Part shown: piece after piece, positions 1 through 8,785 of the stretch
Position numbering within the stretch: position 1 is the first letter of the stretch
How the letters are laid out: each line of letters opens with the position of its first letter
Source: Phycisphaerae bacterium
GTDB taxonomy: Bacteria; Planctomycetota; Phycisphaerae; SM23-33; FEN-1343
Reading direction: 5' to 3'
Length of the DNA: 60,779 bases
NCBI GenBank assembly: GCA_041687295.1
Contig: JAWLCG010000001.1
Span: 1-60,779, forward strand
Translations under genes and position numbers: made by a program
The notes under the pieces: model-generated
What the model was told of the DNA's origin: nothing
The model's database searches: none
What the model saw: only the letters and a program-made list of their open reading frames with translations

Positions 1-705
1 GTGGCCGAACTCGCCGAGGTAGGTCACGTCCTCGCCGTCCACGCTCATCAGCAGCAGGCACTTGATGCTCGGGTAGTCGCGGTCCTTCGTCATCGTGCGG
101 TACACCTCGGTGCCGAAGACGATGAACAGCTGCCTCCCGTCAGGCGAGAACTTGGCGTTCTGGAAGTTGCACCGGGCCGGCTCGAAGCGCTCGCGCTGCG
201 GATGAATGGCATGGGCCCGGTCGACCGTGAGGCGTGTGCGGACCTCGCCGCTGCGGCTGTTCCAGAGGCGCAGCGTCTGCACGCGGCTCAGGTCGCTCGT
301 CGCGCCGTGGCCGCCCCCGCCGCCGATCATCGCGCCGATGCCGCTACCCTCGCAGTAGCTGCGCAGGGTGCGCGGCAGCTCCTGCCGCTGGCCGCTGGAC
401 AGGTCGAGCACGACCGTCTCGCCGGTCGATTGCTGCCGGGGCGAGAAGGCAATGCGGTCCCGGCCGACCCACTGGGCCTGGGCCCCGACGTGGCCGATGG
501 ACTCCTCGCCGCGCGCGACCTCCCGGGCGTCGCTGCCGTCGGCGCGGGCGACGATCACCTTGCCCGGCCCGGGAATCGCCGCGCCGTCGAACTCGTAGTA
601 GAGGATCCGCTCGCCGCCGGGCTCCTCGACTGGCACGTCGTAGTAGTAGTGCACCGCCGGGGCCGGGCCGCGGGACAACTGTCTGACGGGGTACTCGCTC
701 TGCAT
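1..705 (-). CDS. hypothetical protein, N-terminal 235 aa (gene runs off left edge); beta-propeller-like, function unassigned
   Basis: Not in the ORF track. Reverse translation of 705..1 contains no stop. ATG is at 703-705, with AGGAG about 14 nt upstream inside the end of the preceding gene. Nearly every third codon position is G/C. Product MQSEYPVRQLSRGP...NAKFSPDGRQLFIVFGTEVY... looks like real protein. The listed + ORF 1..885 shares the same triplet phase and is its Ala/Arg-rich shadow. Confidence 0.7.
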   Translation of the reverse strand, partial: MQSEYPVRQLSRGPAPAVHYYYDVPVEEPGGERILYYEFDGAAIPGPGKVIVARADGSDAREVARGEESIGHVGAQAQWVGRDRIAFSPRQQSTGETVVLDLSSGQRQELPRTLRSYCEGSGIGAMIGGGGGHGATSDLSRVQTLRLWNSRSGEVRTRLTVDRAHAIHPQRERFEPARCNFQNAKFSPDGRQLFIVFGTEVYRTMTKDRDYPSIKCLLLMSVDGEDVTYLGEFGH

Positions 706-715
706 GGTGTGTGCC

Positions 716-1417
716 TCACTCCTTCACGCGCACAGCGTGGACCTTCAGGTTGGCGTATTCGCCGATCATCGGCGTCATCTGCCGAAAGCCGATCCGGCCG
801 CCGCCCAGGACCGGGCCGGTGCTCTGGCCGTCGTCCACCCAGTGGAACAGCTCCAGGGCCGGGTGCTCGCCCTGGCCGATGCTGAACCGCACGTGCGGGC
901 CGGCCTTGATCAGCTCGATGCGGTACGGCCCCTGGGCGTCGGGGACGCTGGGGATCGGGTCGGCGCCCTGGGCCACGAGGTGAAAGCCGTAGCTCTTGCG
1001 CAGGTTGCAGGTGGTGAACGCCCGCTCGCTGGGATGCTTGCGGCGGAAGTAGCTCACGTGCAGGGCGTCGATGTCGCCGTGGTGGTACTGGTCGTAGGGC
1101 CCGTGGCGCTGGGCCAGTGACGAGTCGAAGAGGTCCTCGCCGTTGCGTCCCCGGGCTGCGAAGAACAGGATGCACAGGCCCGGCTCGCGGATCGGGTAGA
1201 AGTCCCAGCTGATCGCGATGTTGTCCGCCAAGTCCTGCGGGCACCAGTAGACGATGTTGGCCTTCTGGCCCTCCTGCGGGTTGCGCGTACCCTCCAGGCG
1301 CATCCGGCCCAGCGGAAAGCTCACCGCCCCCTCGCCCTCCATGCGGAAACCATCCACGTCCGCCGGCGAGGCCAGCGGGTTCTCGTAGATTCGTTCACCC
1401 ACCTCGAACGTCGTCAT
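716..1417 (-). CDS. DUF1961 (YesU-like) family protein
   Basis: Start taken at internal ATG (1415-1417, MTTFEVGERIYENPL...). The upstream part of ORF 716..1963 is Arg/Pro junk. Segment ...DFYPIREPGLCILFFAARGRNGEDLFD...YHHGDIDALHVSYFRR... matches my memory of the DUF1961 family. Confidence 0.85.
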   Translation of the reverse strand: MTTFEVGERIYENPLASPADVDGFRMEGEGAVSFPLGRMRLEGTRNPQEGQKANIVYWCPQDLADNIAISWDFYPIREPGLCILFFAARGRNGEDLFDSSLAQRHGPYDQYHHGDIDALHVSYFRRKHPSERAFTTCNLRKSYGFHLVAQGADPIPSVPDAQGPYRIELIKAGPHVRFSIGQGEHPALELFHWVDDGQSTGPVLGGGRIGFRQMTPMIGEYANLKVHAVRVKE

Positions 1418-1536
1418 GCTCTGCGTCCTCCTCTTGGGCATCTCCCCACGAGCCCTACAATAGCCCAGCCTGCGGCGGCTGTCCATGCGGAGACTGGCCC
1501 GGACGGGCCGTCGGTCGCGTGGCCGCAGCGGGCACC

Positions 1537-1683
1537 CAGGCGCAACGGCACCCCAAGCAGCCGCAGGTTCACCGGGTCGGCGTAGGTGTTCATGGTGAGG
1601 GCGAGCGAACTGTGCCGCATGGCGGCCGGCGTCGGCGCGTCTCGCTGCAGGCCGATGAGCGTCAGGCGTTCCAGTTGGCCCTG
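1537..1683 (-). pseudogene. possible tyrosine recombinase (integrase) C-terminal relic
   Basis: Frame of ORF 1414..2220 reads ...ERLTLIGLQRDAPTPAAMRHSSLALTMNTYADPVNLRLLGV. This resembles the C-terminal box of phage-type integrases (..RHS...T...Y..). No catalytic domain continues upstream in frame. Confidence 0.3.
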
Positions 1684-1731
1684 CACTTCGGGGAGGTCCG
1701 CCTGGCCGGCGACTACGCCGAGCGGCGGATG

Positions 1732-2142
1732 ATGCGGCGTGACGGCCAACCGATGACCGAGCAGGAGGCCCTGGAACGCCGGCCGAGCGGCCGGGCCGTG
1801 TATGCCGACATCGACGCCGTCCTGGCCGAACTCGACCGCGAAGCGATGGCCAGCGCCATCCTCGGCTCGGTCCTGCTGGACCCGTCGACGGACCTCGAAC
1901 GGGCCCGGGAGCTGCTGGCCCATGCCCACCGGCTGGAAGACGGCGAGACCCTCTCCTGGCCATGCCCCGACCTCAATGTAGTGGACATCCGCTTGGGTGA
2001 GCTGTGGGAGCTGATCGGCGGCCACGACCTGAGCCCGGTGCGCCCGGCCGGCCGGTGCTCGGCCAGGGCCCGCAGCGTCAGACCGTACTCCACCCGGTGC
2101 CGCGCCAGGCGGTTCCACTCGTACTCGGGCGATGCGTCGTAG
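1732..2142 (+). CDS. hypothetical protein or gene fragment (weak DnaB-N-like 'EAMASAILGSVLLDP' segment)
   Basis: The 1700-2040 part of + ORF 1519..2142 has strong G/C third positions and natural composition (AVYADIDAVLAELDREAMASAILGSVLLDPSTDLERARELL...). The last ~34 aa are Arg/Ser-rich and antisense to the methyltransferase relic. The gene is therefore either truncated or carries a junk tail. Confidence 0.3.
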   Translation: MRRDGQPMTEQEALERRPSGRAVYADIDAVLAELDREAMASAILGSVLLDPSTDLERARELLAHAHRLEDGETLSWPCPDLNVVDIRLGELWELIGGHDLSPVRPAGRCSARARSVRPYSTRCRARRFHSYSGDAS

Positions 2143-2174
2143 GCCTGCTCGACTCGATCCATGGACATGTTCAT
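2052..2174 (-). pseudogene. class I SAM-dependent methyltransferase, N-terminal ~40-aa relic
   Basis: MNMSMDRVEQAYDASPEYEWNRLARHRVEYGLTLRALAEH is a typical methyltransferase N-terminus. The expected GxGxG SAM-binding motif never appears, and the frame turns into Ser/Arg junk after ~40 aa. Confidence 0.35.
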
Positions 2175-2248
2175 CTCCGCCCCGGGCTGTGCAGATGAGG
2201 TCAGGCCGCGCCTGGTTCACCTGTGAAGTGGACCCGGGTCAGAGGATA

Positions 2249-2971
2249 GTGACGCGCCCGGGGGCGTGCAAACGATGGCATGGGGATCCGAGGCGTGTTC
2301 CGCAAGCGCAGTTGTACGACGCCAGCGGCAAGCGGCTCTCAAGGCTGCCCGTGTCCGTCCATCGGGCCGGCCTGGTGCCCCCGCCGACGCAGGAGCAACC
2401 CTTGGCCCCGGACCCCTGGACGGGTCCGCTGCTGTGGGCCTTCTGGGAGGTCTTCGGCCCGGCGGCCCAGCGGGAGGTCACGCAGATCCACACCGAGGCC
2501 ATCGACCCGCGCACGGGCCGCACGTGCATGCCCGCCGGCTCGGGACGCCCGGCGGTCGTGCGCGGCAAGCAGGTGGAGCGTTTCCTGTGCGCGGTGCCCG
2601 AAGGGGCCGAGTCGCTCCGCCTGGAGAGCGAACTGATGGGCCCGGCCGATCGCTCGCCCGGGCGGGGCCAGCGATGGGACCTCGGCTTCGACATGGGCCT
2701 GGACGTCTGGATCACCACGGACTGGCCCGAGCTGGGGGCCGTCTGCGCGACGCCGCCGGTGGCTGAGGGGCCGAACCGCTGCCACCTCGACGTGGTCGTC
2801 TCGTCGGACCTGTGGGAGGTCGGCGTCTGGATCGAGGGCCTGGACCGCGACCGCCGTGAGGTCCGCGCCACGCCTACCTGCGGGGCCCGGGCCGGCTCCG
2901 CCGGCGGCCACCTGCGGGTGCAGAACCGGTCGACCGGCGGTTGTAGCGATCCCGGATGGCATGTGGTATAG
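2249..2971 (+). CDS. hypothetical protein (start uncertain: GTG 2249, TTG 2312 or GTG 2351)
   Basis: Very high G/C at third positions and natural Trp/Asp/Glu-rich composition (WTGPLLWAFWEVFGP..., WDLGFDMGLDVWITTDWPELG...). No family recognised. The opposing 333-aa ORF is junk. Confidence 0.55.
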   Translation: MTRPGACKRWHGDPRRVPQAQLYDASGKRLSRLPVSVHRAGLVPPPTQEQPLAPDPWTGPLLWAFWEVFGPAAQREVTQIHTEAIDPRTGRTCMPAGSGRPAVVRGKQVERFLCAVPEGAESLRLESELMGPADRSPGRGQRWDLGFDMGLDVWITTDWPELGAVCATPPVAEGPNRCHLDVVVSSDLWEVGVWIEGLDRDRREVRATPTCGARAGSAGGHLRVQNRSTGGCSDPGWHVV

Positions 2972-3009
2972 AGTGGCCTGCTTGGCCTCTCACATGATAG
3001 GAGTGCGCC

Positions 3010-4650
3010 GTGAGTAAGCGAAAGAAGCGGATCGGTCTGGTCGTGCTGGTGCTGGTCGCGGCGATGCTGGTCTACATGTACGCGCCGATGGGACCGGTGG
3101 CGATCGAGGTCTCGCCCGAGACGACCGTCATCGCCGGGCCGCTGAACCCCGACGGCACCGTCAACTACGTGGCGGCGATGGACGCCGACTACGCCGCGGA
3201 CGTCACGGCCGAGAACAACGCCGCCCCCGACCTGCTCCAAGCGATGGGGCCGGACACGTTGCCACCCAAGGTCCGGGATGCTGTGCTGGCGGGCCTGGGC
3301 CTATCCGCCGAGGAGGTCGGCGAAGGGCTCTACCAGCCCTGGGAGCCGGCGCAACCGGCGGAGGTGGAATGGACGGGCCCCGGGCCCAAGCCGCCCTTCC
3401 CGATCTACTCAGGTAACCCGGTCGGGGACGAACCGACCTTCATCGACCGCGACGGCGACCCCCGGCCCCTGCGACTGGCTGACCTGTCCGACCTCACCTG
3501 GATGCTCCGCCAGGGCCAGGTCCACCCCGACCTGGAGGCCTGGTTGGAGGCCAACGAGGCTGCCCTTGACCGGGTAAGCCAGACCGTGGCCCACAAGCCA
3601 CGCCTGTACTTGCCGCTCGTATCGCCGTCCATTCCCCCAATGCTCCTGGAAGTAGACCTGTCCCAGTTGGCCCCATTCCGCGAGATCGGCCGGGCTCTAC
3701 TCGTGCGGGCCCACTGGAGGGCCCGACAGGGAAATTGGGGTGCGGCCTGGGCGGACGTGCTGGCGGTCCACCGCCTGTCCCGATTGATCGGACAGGGGCC
3801 TACGCTGATGCACCAGCTCGTCGCCTTCGCCACTGAAGCGATGGCCGCGGATGCCGGCGTCTACTTGGCCACGCACGGCCCGTTCGACGTCCAGGCCGCG
3901 CGGCGGCACCTGGCCCAACTCCAGGCCCTCCCGTCGCTGGGTCGATTGGCCTACGCGATTGACCGGGGTGAGCGGTTTGGAGCCTTGGATAGCATCGCGT
4001 GGCTCTCACGGGGGCACAGCCTCGGCACAACGGGGACGGCCCCGGTGAACGCTGGATATGCCTACGACTGGAATGTGGTGCTGCGGCGCACCAACGAGTG
4101 GTATGACCTGCTGGCAAAGCCCTTCACCGCGCCCAACCGCAAGAGTCGTGATGTGGCCATGGCGGAGGTCGATGCCCGCCTCGACGCCTTCAGCAAGCGG
4201 ATGGCCAGCACGGGCTATCGGGTACGGTTCACCGCTCTGGGCCTCAGCGGCCGGTTGGGGCGCGAGAGCCTGAGCCGCTGGATGGGCGACTTCCTCATGG
4301 CCATCCTGATGCCCTCGACCACGCAGTCTCTCAAGCAGCGAGACCGTGCCGAAGCGGCCCGCTCTGTCGAAATGGCCGCCCTGGCCCTGGCCGCCTATCG
4401 TGCCGAGGCCGGCCAGTGGCCCGCATCGCTGGCCGAACTGTCGCCCGACCTGCTGCCGACCGTACCCGTAGACGCCTTCACCGGTAAGCCGCTGATCTAC
4501 CACCGCCACGACGAGGGCTACCTCGTGTACAGCGTGGGCATCAACGGCACCGATGACGGCGGCGTGGAGGATTCCGACGCCGGTCAGGACGACATCGCCG
4601 CCCGCGTGCCGCCGGCCCCTCCCCGCTTGGCCACTGAGGAAGGCTCCTGA
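3010..4650 (+). CDS. membrane-anchored hypothetical protein with GspG-like C-terminal motif
   Basis: GTG start preceded by AGGAG. N-terminal MSKRKKRIGLVVLVLVAAMLVYMY anchor. C-terminus ...DAFTGKPLIYHRHDEGYLVYSVGINGTDDGG...DDI resembles the conserved tail of type II secretion pseudopilin G-like proteins. Confidence 0.8.
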   Translation: MSKRKKRIGLVVLVLVAAMLVYMYAPMGPVAIEVSPETTVIAGPLNPDGTVNYVAAMDADYAADVTAENNAAPDLLQAMGPDTLPPKVRDAVLAGLGLSAEEVGEGLYQPWEPAQPAEVEWTGPGPKPPFPIYSGNPVGDEPTFIDRDGDPRPLRLADLSDLTWMLRQGQVHPDLEAWLEANEAALDRVSQTVAHKPRLYLPLVSPSIPPMLLEVDLSQLAPFREIGRALLVRAHWRARQGNWGAAWADVLAVHRLSRLIGQGPTLMHQLVAFATEAMAADAGVYLATHGPFDVQAARRHLAQLQALPSLGRLAYAIDRGERFGALDSIAWLSRGHSLGTTGTAPVNAGYAYDWNVVLRRTNEWYDLLAKPFTAPNRKSRDVAMAEVDARLDAFSKRMASTGYRVRFTALGLSGRLGRESLSRWMGDFLMAILMPSTTQSLKQRDRAEAARSVEMAALALAAYRAEAGQWPASLAELSPDLLPTVPVDAFTGKPLIYHRHDEGYLVYSVGINGTDDGGVEDSDAGQDDIAARVPPAPPRLATEEGS

Positions 4651-5040
4651 TCCCTACGAGCCTGAGGGCAGAATACGCACAGGCGGTATAGCGAACCTCG
4701 GGGCGGCCGTCTCCATGCGGGCCCGGCGAACCTGCATCGTGGCCAGTTGGGCACCCTCATCATACTCCCGCCGGCGCTGCGCCAGTGCGATCAGGGCCGT
4801 GCGGTGGGCGTTGCGTTCGATCAGCCTATCGATCGACGCATCGACACGCAGACCGCTTGATCTTCAGGAAGCACGGCGAGGCCGGCTCATCGCGGTAGCT
4901 GCGGATGCGGAGCTTGACGCGGTTGGCCTGGCGCTGCATGCGAAGGGCCTCGCGACGCGGAGGCCGATCGGCTATAGTGTCCGCCAGCCCGGCTACGGCC
5001 GGCCCGCCGTTGTCCGCCCAACAGGCCCAAGGAGACCGCC

Positions 5041-5865
5041 ATGTTTCGACCCGTACTGGGGCTCTCGCTCCACAAGCTCGATTCGGCCCCGAACGATGAG
5101 GTGATCGCCGCCGTGGGACGCTCCCGCGTGCAGACCATCGAGATCGCCCCAAGCCTCTTCGCCGGCGACGCCGGCCCTGCCCGCAAGGCCGCCTACCAGG
5201 CCATGGTCGCCCGGTCCGACTGCCGCACGGCCTCGGTGCATGCCCCGCACGGCTGGACGTACGACCTGTCGGCCCCGGACGAGGGGGTCTGGGCCGGGGC
5301 GATGGGGCACGCCCTGGCGGCCATCGACCTGGCCGTGGAGCTCGACGCCCCGATCGTCGTCTTCCACGCCAGCCGCGAGCCCATCGGCCCCGAGGAACGG
5401 CCCGACCGCCGCGCCATCGCCCGCCGGGCCCTGGCCGCCATTGCCGACCGCTGCCGCCAGACCGGTCGCCGGGCCGCTATCGAGTTGCTGCCCCGCACCT
5501 GCCTGGGCAACACGCACGAAGAGCTCTTTGCCCTGGTCGACGGCCTGGACCCCGCCACCGTGGGCTTCTGCCTGGACACCAACCACCTGATGGACCGGCC
5601 CGACACGCTGGCGGCCGTGGTCCGGGCGATGGGCCCACGCCTGACCACGCTGCACATCTCCGACTACGACGGCGTCGACGAGAAGCACTGGCGGCCGGGC
5701 CAGGGCGTGATCGACTGGCGGGCCTTCATTGAGGCCCTGGCCGCCATCGAATACGCCGGACCGTTCAACTTTGAGTGCACCATCGAGGGGGACTCCGCCG
5801 AGGAGCGCCTGCGAACGCTGGCGGCCACCTTCGACTGGTTGATGGGCCTGCGGCCACAGCAATGA
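5041..5865 (+). CDS. sugar phosphate isomerase/epimerase (xylose isomerase-like TIM barrel)
   Basis: AAGGAG RBS before the ATG. Segments VHAPHG..., IVVFHAS..., AIELLPR..., CLDTNHL..., LHISDYDG..EKHWRPGQG.IDW are typical of the AP endonuclease 2/xylose isomerase-like fold. Confidence 0.9.
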   Translation: MFRPVLGLSLHKLDSAPNDEVIAAVGRSRVQTIEIAPSLFAGDAGPARKAAYQAMVARSDCRTASVHAPHGWTYDLSAPDEGVWAGAMGHALAAIDLAVELDAPIVVFHASREPIGPEERPDRRAIARRALAAIADRCRQTGRRAAIELLPRTCLGNTHEELFALVDGLDPATVGFCLDTNHLMDRPDTLAAVVRAMGPRLTTLHISDYDGVDEKHWRPGQGVIDWRAFIEALAAIEYAGPFNFECTIEGDSAEERLRTLAATFDWLMGLRPQQ

Positions 5866-5992
5866 CAGATTACGCAGCGGAGACCACTCGCTCTTGCGCC
5901 CCAGGGCTCGTTCATGTGAGCCCTTTCCTGGTGGCCACCAATGCCAAGCAGGCGTACACACTTGTACACATTTCTGCCACCACAGACTGACC

Positions 5993-6076
5993 AACCAGGC
6001 CTACGTCCAGCCCAACGACAGGGTCATCCACCTGGGCGTGTACGGCAGCCCAGAGAGCCGGGCCGAGGCCATTTGA
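5993..6076 (+). pseudogene. possible integrase N-terminal relic
   Basis: The tail of ORF 5894..6076 reads ...NQAYVQPNDRVIHLGVYGSPESRAEAI*. The '(Y)LG.YGSPES(R/K)AEY' motif is one I associate with N-termini of planctomycete tyrosine recombinases. It is cut by a stop, with nothing downstream. Confidence 0.25.
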
Positions 6077-6218
6077 AGACCCAGCCTGGTAACGCATCAG
6101 CGATAGTGGGTATTGCCCGCGGGGTGCCCAGCACCAGATCCTCCGAGTTCATCGACGTCGACCAACCCTCATAGCACCTGGCCGCCTGGCCCAACCTTGC
6201 CTTCGGCTGTGCTGCCTT

Positions 6219-6770
6219 TCATTCCGGTGCCGAGAGCCCCTGCGGCGGACCGGCGGGCGACGGCACCTCGGAGTCCAGGAGCATCTTGTACGTGCCTTCG
6301 CCGGTCGCCGCCTGCTGCTTGCCGCCGGACTCGATGTCGGCGATCAGCACCTTCATCATCGCGATCTCGCGGCGCTGGGTCTTGATGATCTCGTCGGCCA
6401 GCTCGCGGACCCGCGGGTCGCGGATCTCGGCGCGCTCGCTGGTCAGGATGGCGATGGAGTGGTGCGGGATCATCGCCTTCATGTAGGAGACGTCCTGCAC
6501 GGTCTCCTGGCTGCGGACCAGCCACAGGGCCAGCGCGAACAGGATGACGCTGCCGAGGATAATGGCGATGTTGACGCGCCAGTTGCTCAGCATGTGCGTC
6601 ATCCACGCCAGCATGATCACGGCCATCGTCGCGCCCATCAGCAGGGCCATGTAGGTCCGCGTCTCGCTGTAGAGGACGTGGCCCCACTGGAAGGTGTTCA
6701 GGTACATCAGAGCGAACATACAGACGGTCGAGGTCGCGACCATTCCGGCAAATCGCAGGTACATCTTCAT
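6219..6770 (-). CDS. DUF305 domain-containing membrane protein
   Basis: Three N-terminal hydrophobic helices, then ...YMKAMIPHHSIAILTSERA...ELADEIIKTQRREIAMM..., the paired-His helical motif of DUF305. A G-rich RBS (AAGGGGG) lies before the ATG. Confidence 0.9.
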   Translation of the reverse strand: MKMYLRFAGMVATSTVCMFALMYLNTFQWGHVLYSETRTYMALLMGATMAVIMLAWMTHMLSNWRVNIAIILGSVILFALALWLVRSQETVQDVSYMKAMIPHHSIAILTSERAEIRDPRVRELADEIIKTQRREIAMMKVLIADIESGGKQQAATGEGTYKMLLDSEVPSPAGPPQGLSAPE

Positions 6771-6986
6771 TGGTTATCCCCCTTTGCGTTCCACGGTGCG
6801 GCGTCCCACGTAGTGCCCCATGCTCACGCTCATTATACCCCACCGCCATCCATCATGAGCCAGCTGGGGCGTCCGCCATGGCACCGGTACACATCCGTCG
6901 GCGCGCCCCTGCAATGGACGCATGGGCTGCCCGTCGCGAGGCGGCAGGGGGATCTCCACGTACTACAGGGGGAAAGGATCAGGAGC

Positions 6987-7295
6987 ATGGGCACGCGCAG
7001 AATGGTGGTGGCGTTGTCGGTGCTGGTCACGCTGGCGGCGGCGGGGCTGACTGTCCAGGCCCAGAGGGGTCAGCAGCCCGGCGGTCAGCCGCCGATGGGC
7101 CGGCAGGCTCCCGGTCAACCGCAGACGGACAGGCCGATGGACCCGCAGCAGATAATGATGCGATGCCCGATGATGCAGGGCATGGGCCAGCCCCACCGGC
7201 CGATGCCTCCTGACCGTTACGCAGGCTCAACGTTCAAAGCGGTCTCCAGCAGTTCGATCAGCCACTCAGCCTCGACCTCTCCCACGGCTGCATAG
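6987..7295 (+). CDS. small secreted Met/Pro/Gln-rich protein (putative metal-binding)
   Basis: AAAGGA/AGGAG precedes ATG 6987. Clear signal peptide MGTRRMVVALSVLVTLAAAGLTVQAQ. Mature part is ...MDPQQIMMRCPMMQGMGQPHRPMPP. The last ~26 codons overlap the 3' end of the convergent anti-sigma gene in the shadow phase, so the true C-terminus is uncertain. Confidence 0.55.
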   Translation: MGTRRMVVALSVLVTLAAAGLTVQAQRGQQPGGQPPMGRQAPGQPQTDRPMDPQQIMMRCPMMQGMGQPHRPMPPDRYAGSTFKAVSSSSISHSASTSPTAA

Positions 7296-7987
7296 GTGTA
7301 GCCGTTCGCTTCCACCGCGGCGACGTGGGAGCGGGCGAAGGTGCCCGTGCGGTAGGTCCGCCCGCCCCGGTTGACCGTACCGCTCATCTCCAGCGAGTCC
7401 ACCGAGTCGGGCAGCACGATCACGGAGATCACGCCGCGGTCGCTCTCCACGACGTAGCTGCCTACAGGGCGATCGCGGAAGTACGCCACGCAGCAGCCCC
7501 GCAGGGCCATCCCCACACCCAACTGCGGCATCGCCGGTTCCAGGCCCAGTTCGCGCTTGAAGTAGCTGGCCACGTCCTCCGGCGACGAACCCGCATGCAG
7601 CTCCATGTGGGGCAGAAGGTTCGCCTGGTGAATCTGCACCAGCTCGGCGTGCGCCCCATGGGCGGTCGTCGGCTGCAGCCACGGCCCCGCCACCGGCACC
7701 GCCACCAGCAGAACCACGCCCAGCACCAGCATGGCCGCCACGCGCACCACCGACCCGCGAGCGATCCGGTGCCACCACCGAGGCTGGTGCCTTCTCAGGC
7801 CAGCGCGAACCTGCTCAGCCAGGAGGTCGTCGGGCTGCAACGCACCAAACGCCCGCCGCAGGCGTGAGCGCATCGCCTCTGCCTCGGCAAGCCGGCCCTG
7901 GCACAGGGGACACGACTGCAGGTGCTCTGGCGCCATCTCCGGCATCTGCAGGACCTGCTCGATCTGTTCATTGCTCAGATGAGTCAT
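7217..7987 (-). CDS. anti-sigma factor (zf-HC2 type, single TM, periplasmic C-domain)
   Basis: N-terminal H-x3-C-x2-C (HLQSCPLCQ). TM segment VVRVAAMLVLGVVLLVAVPV. Start overlaps the stop of the ECF sigma gene by 4 nt (ATGA), the classic coupled arrangement. Confidence 0.8.
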   Translation of the reverse strand: MTHLSNEQIEQVLQMPEMAPEHLQSCPLCQGRLAEAEAMRSRLRRAFGALQPDDLLAEQVRAGLRRHQPRWWHRIARGSVVRVAAMLVLGVVLLVAVPVAGPWLQPTTAHGAHAELVQIHQANLLPHMELHAGSSPEDVASYFKRELGLEPAMPQLGVGMALRGCCVAYFRDRPVGSYVVESDRGVISVIVLPDSVDSLEMSGTVNRGGRTYRTGTFARSHVAAVEANGYTYAAVGEVEAEWLIELLETALNVEPA

Positions 7988-8544
7988 CTCAGGCGTCCCA
8001 CAAAGCCCATGTCCTGGGCGTACGCGGTCAACCTCTCCCGCAACAGGGCCCGCGCCCGACTGACGCGGCTCTTGACGGTGCCTACGGCTATGTCAAGCAC
8101 CTCGGCCACCTCGTCCTGGCTGAGCCCTTCCACATCGCTCAAATACAGGGCCATCCGCTGCGACTCGGGCAACTCACCCAGGGCGGCGATGACCTCGGCA
8201 TCGGAGAACTGCTCCATCGCCTGCTGAAAGTCGCGCGCCTCGACCGGCTCGGCCACGAGGTCCCGGGCCGCCAGCAGCGCCTCCTCGATAGGCACCACCG
8301 GGCCGGCCACCTTGCGGTGCCGCAACTGGTCGATCCAGGTGTTCCGCAGGATCCGCATCATCCAGGCCTTCTCGTTGGTCCCCGGCCGAAACCGCCGAAA
8401 GCTGCCCAGGGCCTTGACGTACGCGGTCTGCACCAAGTCCCGAGCGTCATGCTCGGATCCGGTCAGGGCCCGGGCCGCCCGGTACAACGAATCCAGCAGG
8501 GGCAGCATCAGGTTTTCGAAACTCTCTCTCTCACCCATGGGCAT
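7984..8544 (-). CDS. RNA polymerase ECF-type sigma-70 factor
   Basis: Region 2 (DARDLVQTAYVKAL..F....N.KAWMMRILRNTWIDQLR) and region 4 (LPESQRMALYLSDVEGLSQDEVAEVLDIAVGTVKSRVSRAR) signatures. Confidence 0.9.
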   Translation of the reverse strand: MPMGERESFENLMLPLLDSLYRAARALTGSEHDARDLVQTAYVKALGSFRRFRPGTNEKAWMMRILRNTWIDQLRHRKVAGPVVPIEEALLAARDLVAEPVEARDFQQAMEQFSDAEVIAALGELPESQRMALYLSDVEGLSQDEVAEVLDIAVGTVKSRVSRARALLRERLTAYAQDMGFVGRLR

Positions 8545-8564
8545 GCGGTCTCTTCTGTCAAACC

Positions 8565-8591
8565 AAACGGACCATCATTGCTGAACGTTCC
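8565..8591 (-). promoter_or_regulatory. ECF-type promoter candidate for the sigma/anti-sigma operon (GGAAC-N17-CGTTT)
   Basis: Minus strand reads GCGATTGCCGGAAC-GTTCAGCAATGATGGTC-CGTTTGG, ending about 20 nt upstream of the sigma start codon. It has the same architecture as the plus-strand site at 8680. Confidence 0.5.
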
Positions 8592-8679
8592 GGCAATCGC
8601 TATCGTCCGACGGGGCCGCCAGTTCGGACGCCCCTGCCCCTAGCACGCGAGCGCTCCGGGGAGAGTTCGCCGCGATTCG

Positions 8680-8705
8680 GGAACCAATCGCCCAGCGGCT
8701 GCGTT
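8680..8705 (+). promoter_or_regulatory. ECF-type promoter candidate for the YHS/TRASH gene (GGAAC-N17-CGTT)
   Basis: Plus strand reads GCGATTCGGGAAC-CAATCGCCCAGCGGCTG-CGTTTGA, about 80 nt upstream of GTG 8786. It shares the GCGATT..GGAAC..N17..CGTTTG pattern with the divergent site. Confidence 0.5.
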
Positions 8706-8785
8706 TGAGAGGGCAGACGTGGGACGCCCCGGCCCCCGGCCGAGTCGTCCAAGATGAAGCTAACCCCGATGATGGGAGGATTCCC

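Noticed and set aside
1-885. 294-aa plus-strand ORF at the left edge.
   Set aside because: It has the same triplet phase as the minus-strand gene 1-705. Third positions are G/C-saturated for the minus reading, not the plus one, and the plus translation is Ala/Arg/Leu junk.
4700-4960. Minus-strand fragments (...VKLRIRSYRDE... and LRVDASIDRLIERNAHRTALIALAQRRREYDEG) reminiscent of a ribbon-helix-helix antitoxin split by a frameshift.
   Set aside because: No start codon for the second frame, no partner toxin ORF, and the similarity is only impressionistic. It is mentioned under the mobile-element patchwork finding instead.
6100-6140. tRNA-like 3' end (...GGGGTGCCCAGCACCA) near the integrase-like scrap, considered as a possible integration-site tRNA.
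   Set aside because: No complementary 5' acceptor strand, no T-loop (GTTCRANYC-type) and no cloverleaf could be drawn on either strand.
6771-6800. GGAAC pentamer 21 nt upstream of the DUF305 start, considered as a third ECF-type promoter.
   Set aside because: No CGT element at the right spacing (the ATG itself sits there), and the intervening AAGGGGG is better explained as the RBS. A TATAAT at 6832-6837 (minus strand) is a more plausible, but unsupported, -10.
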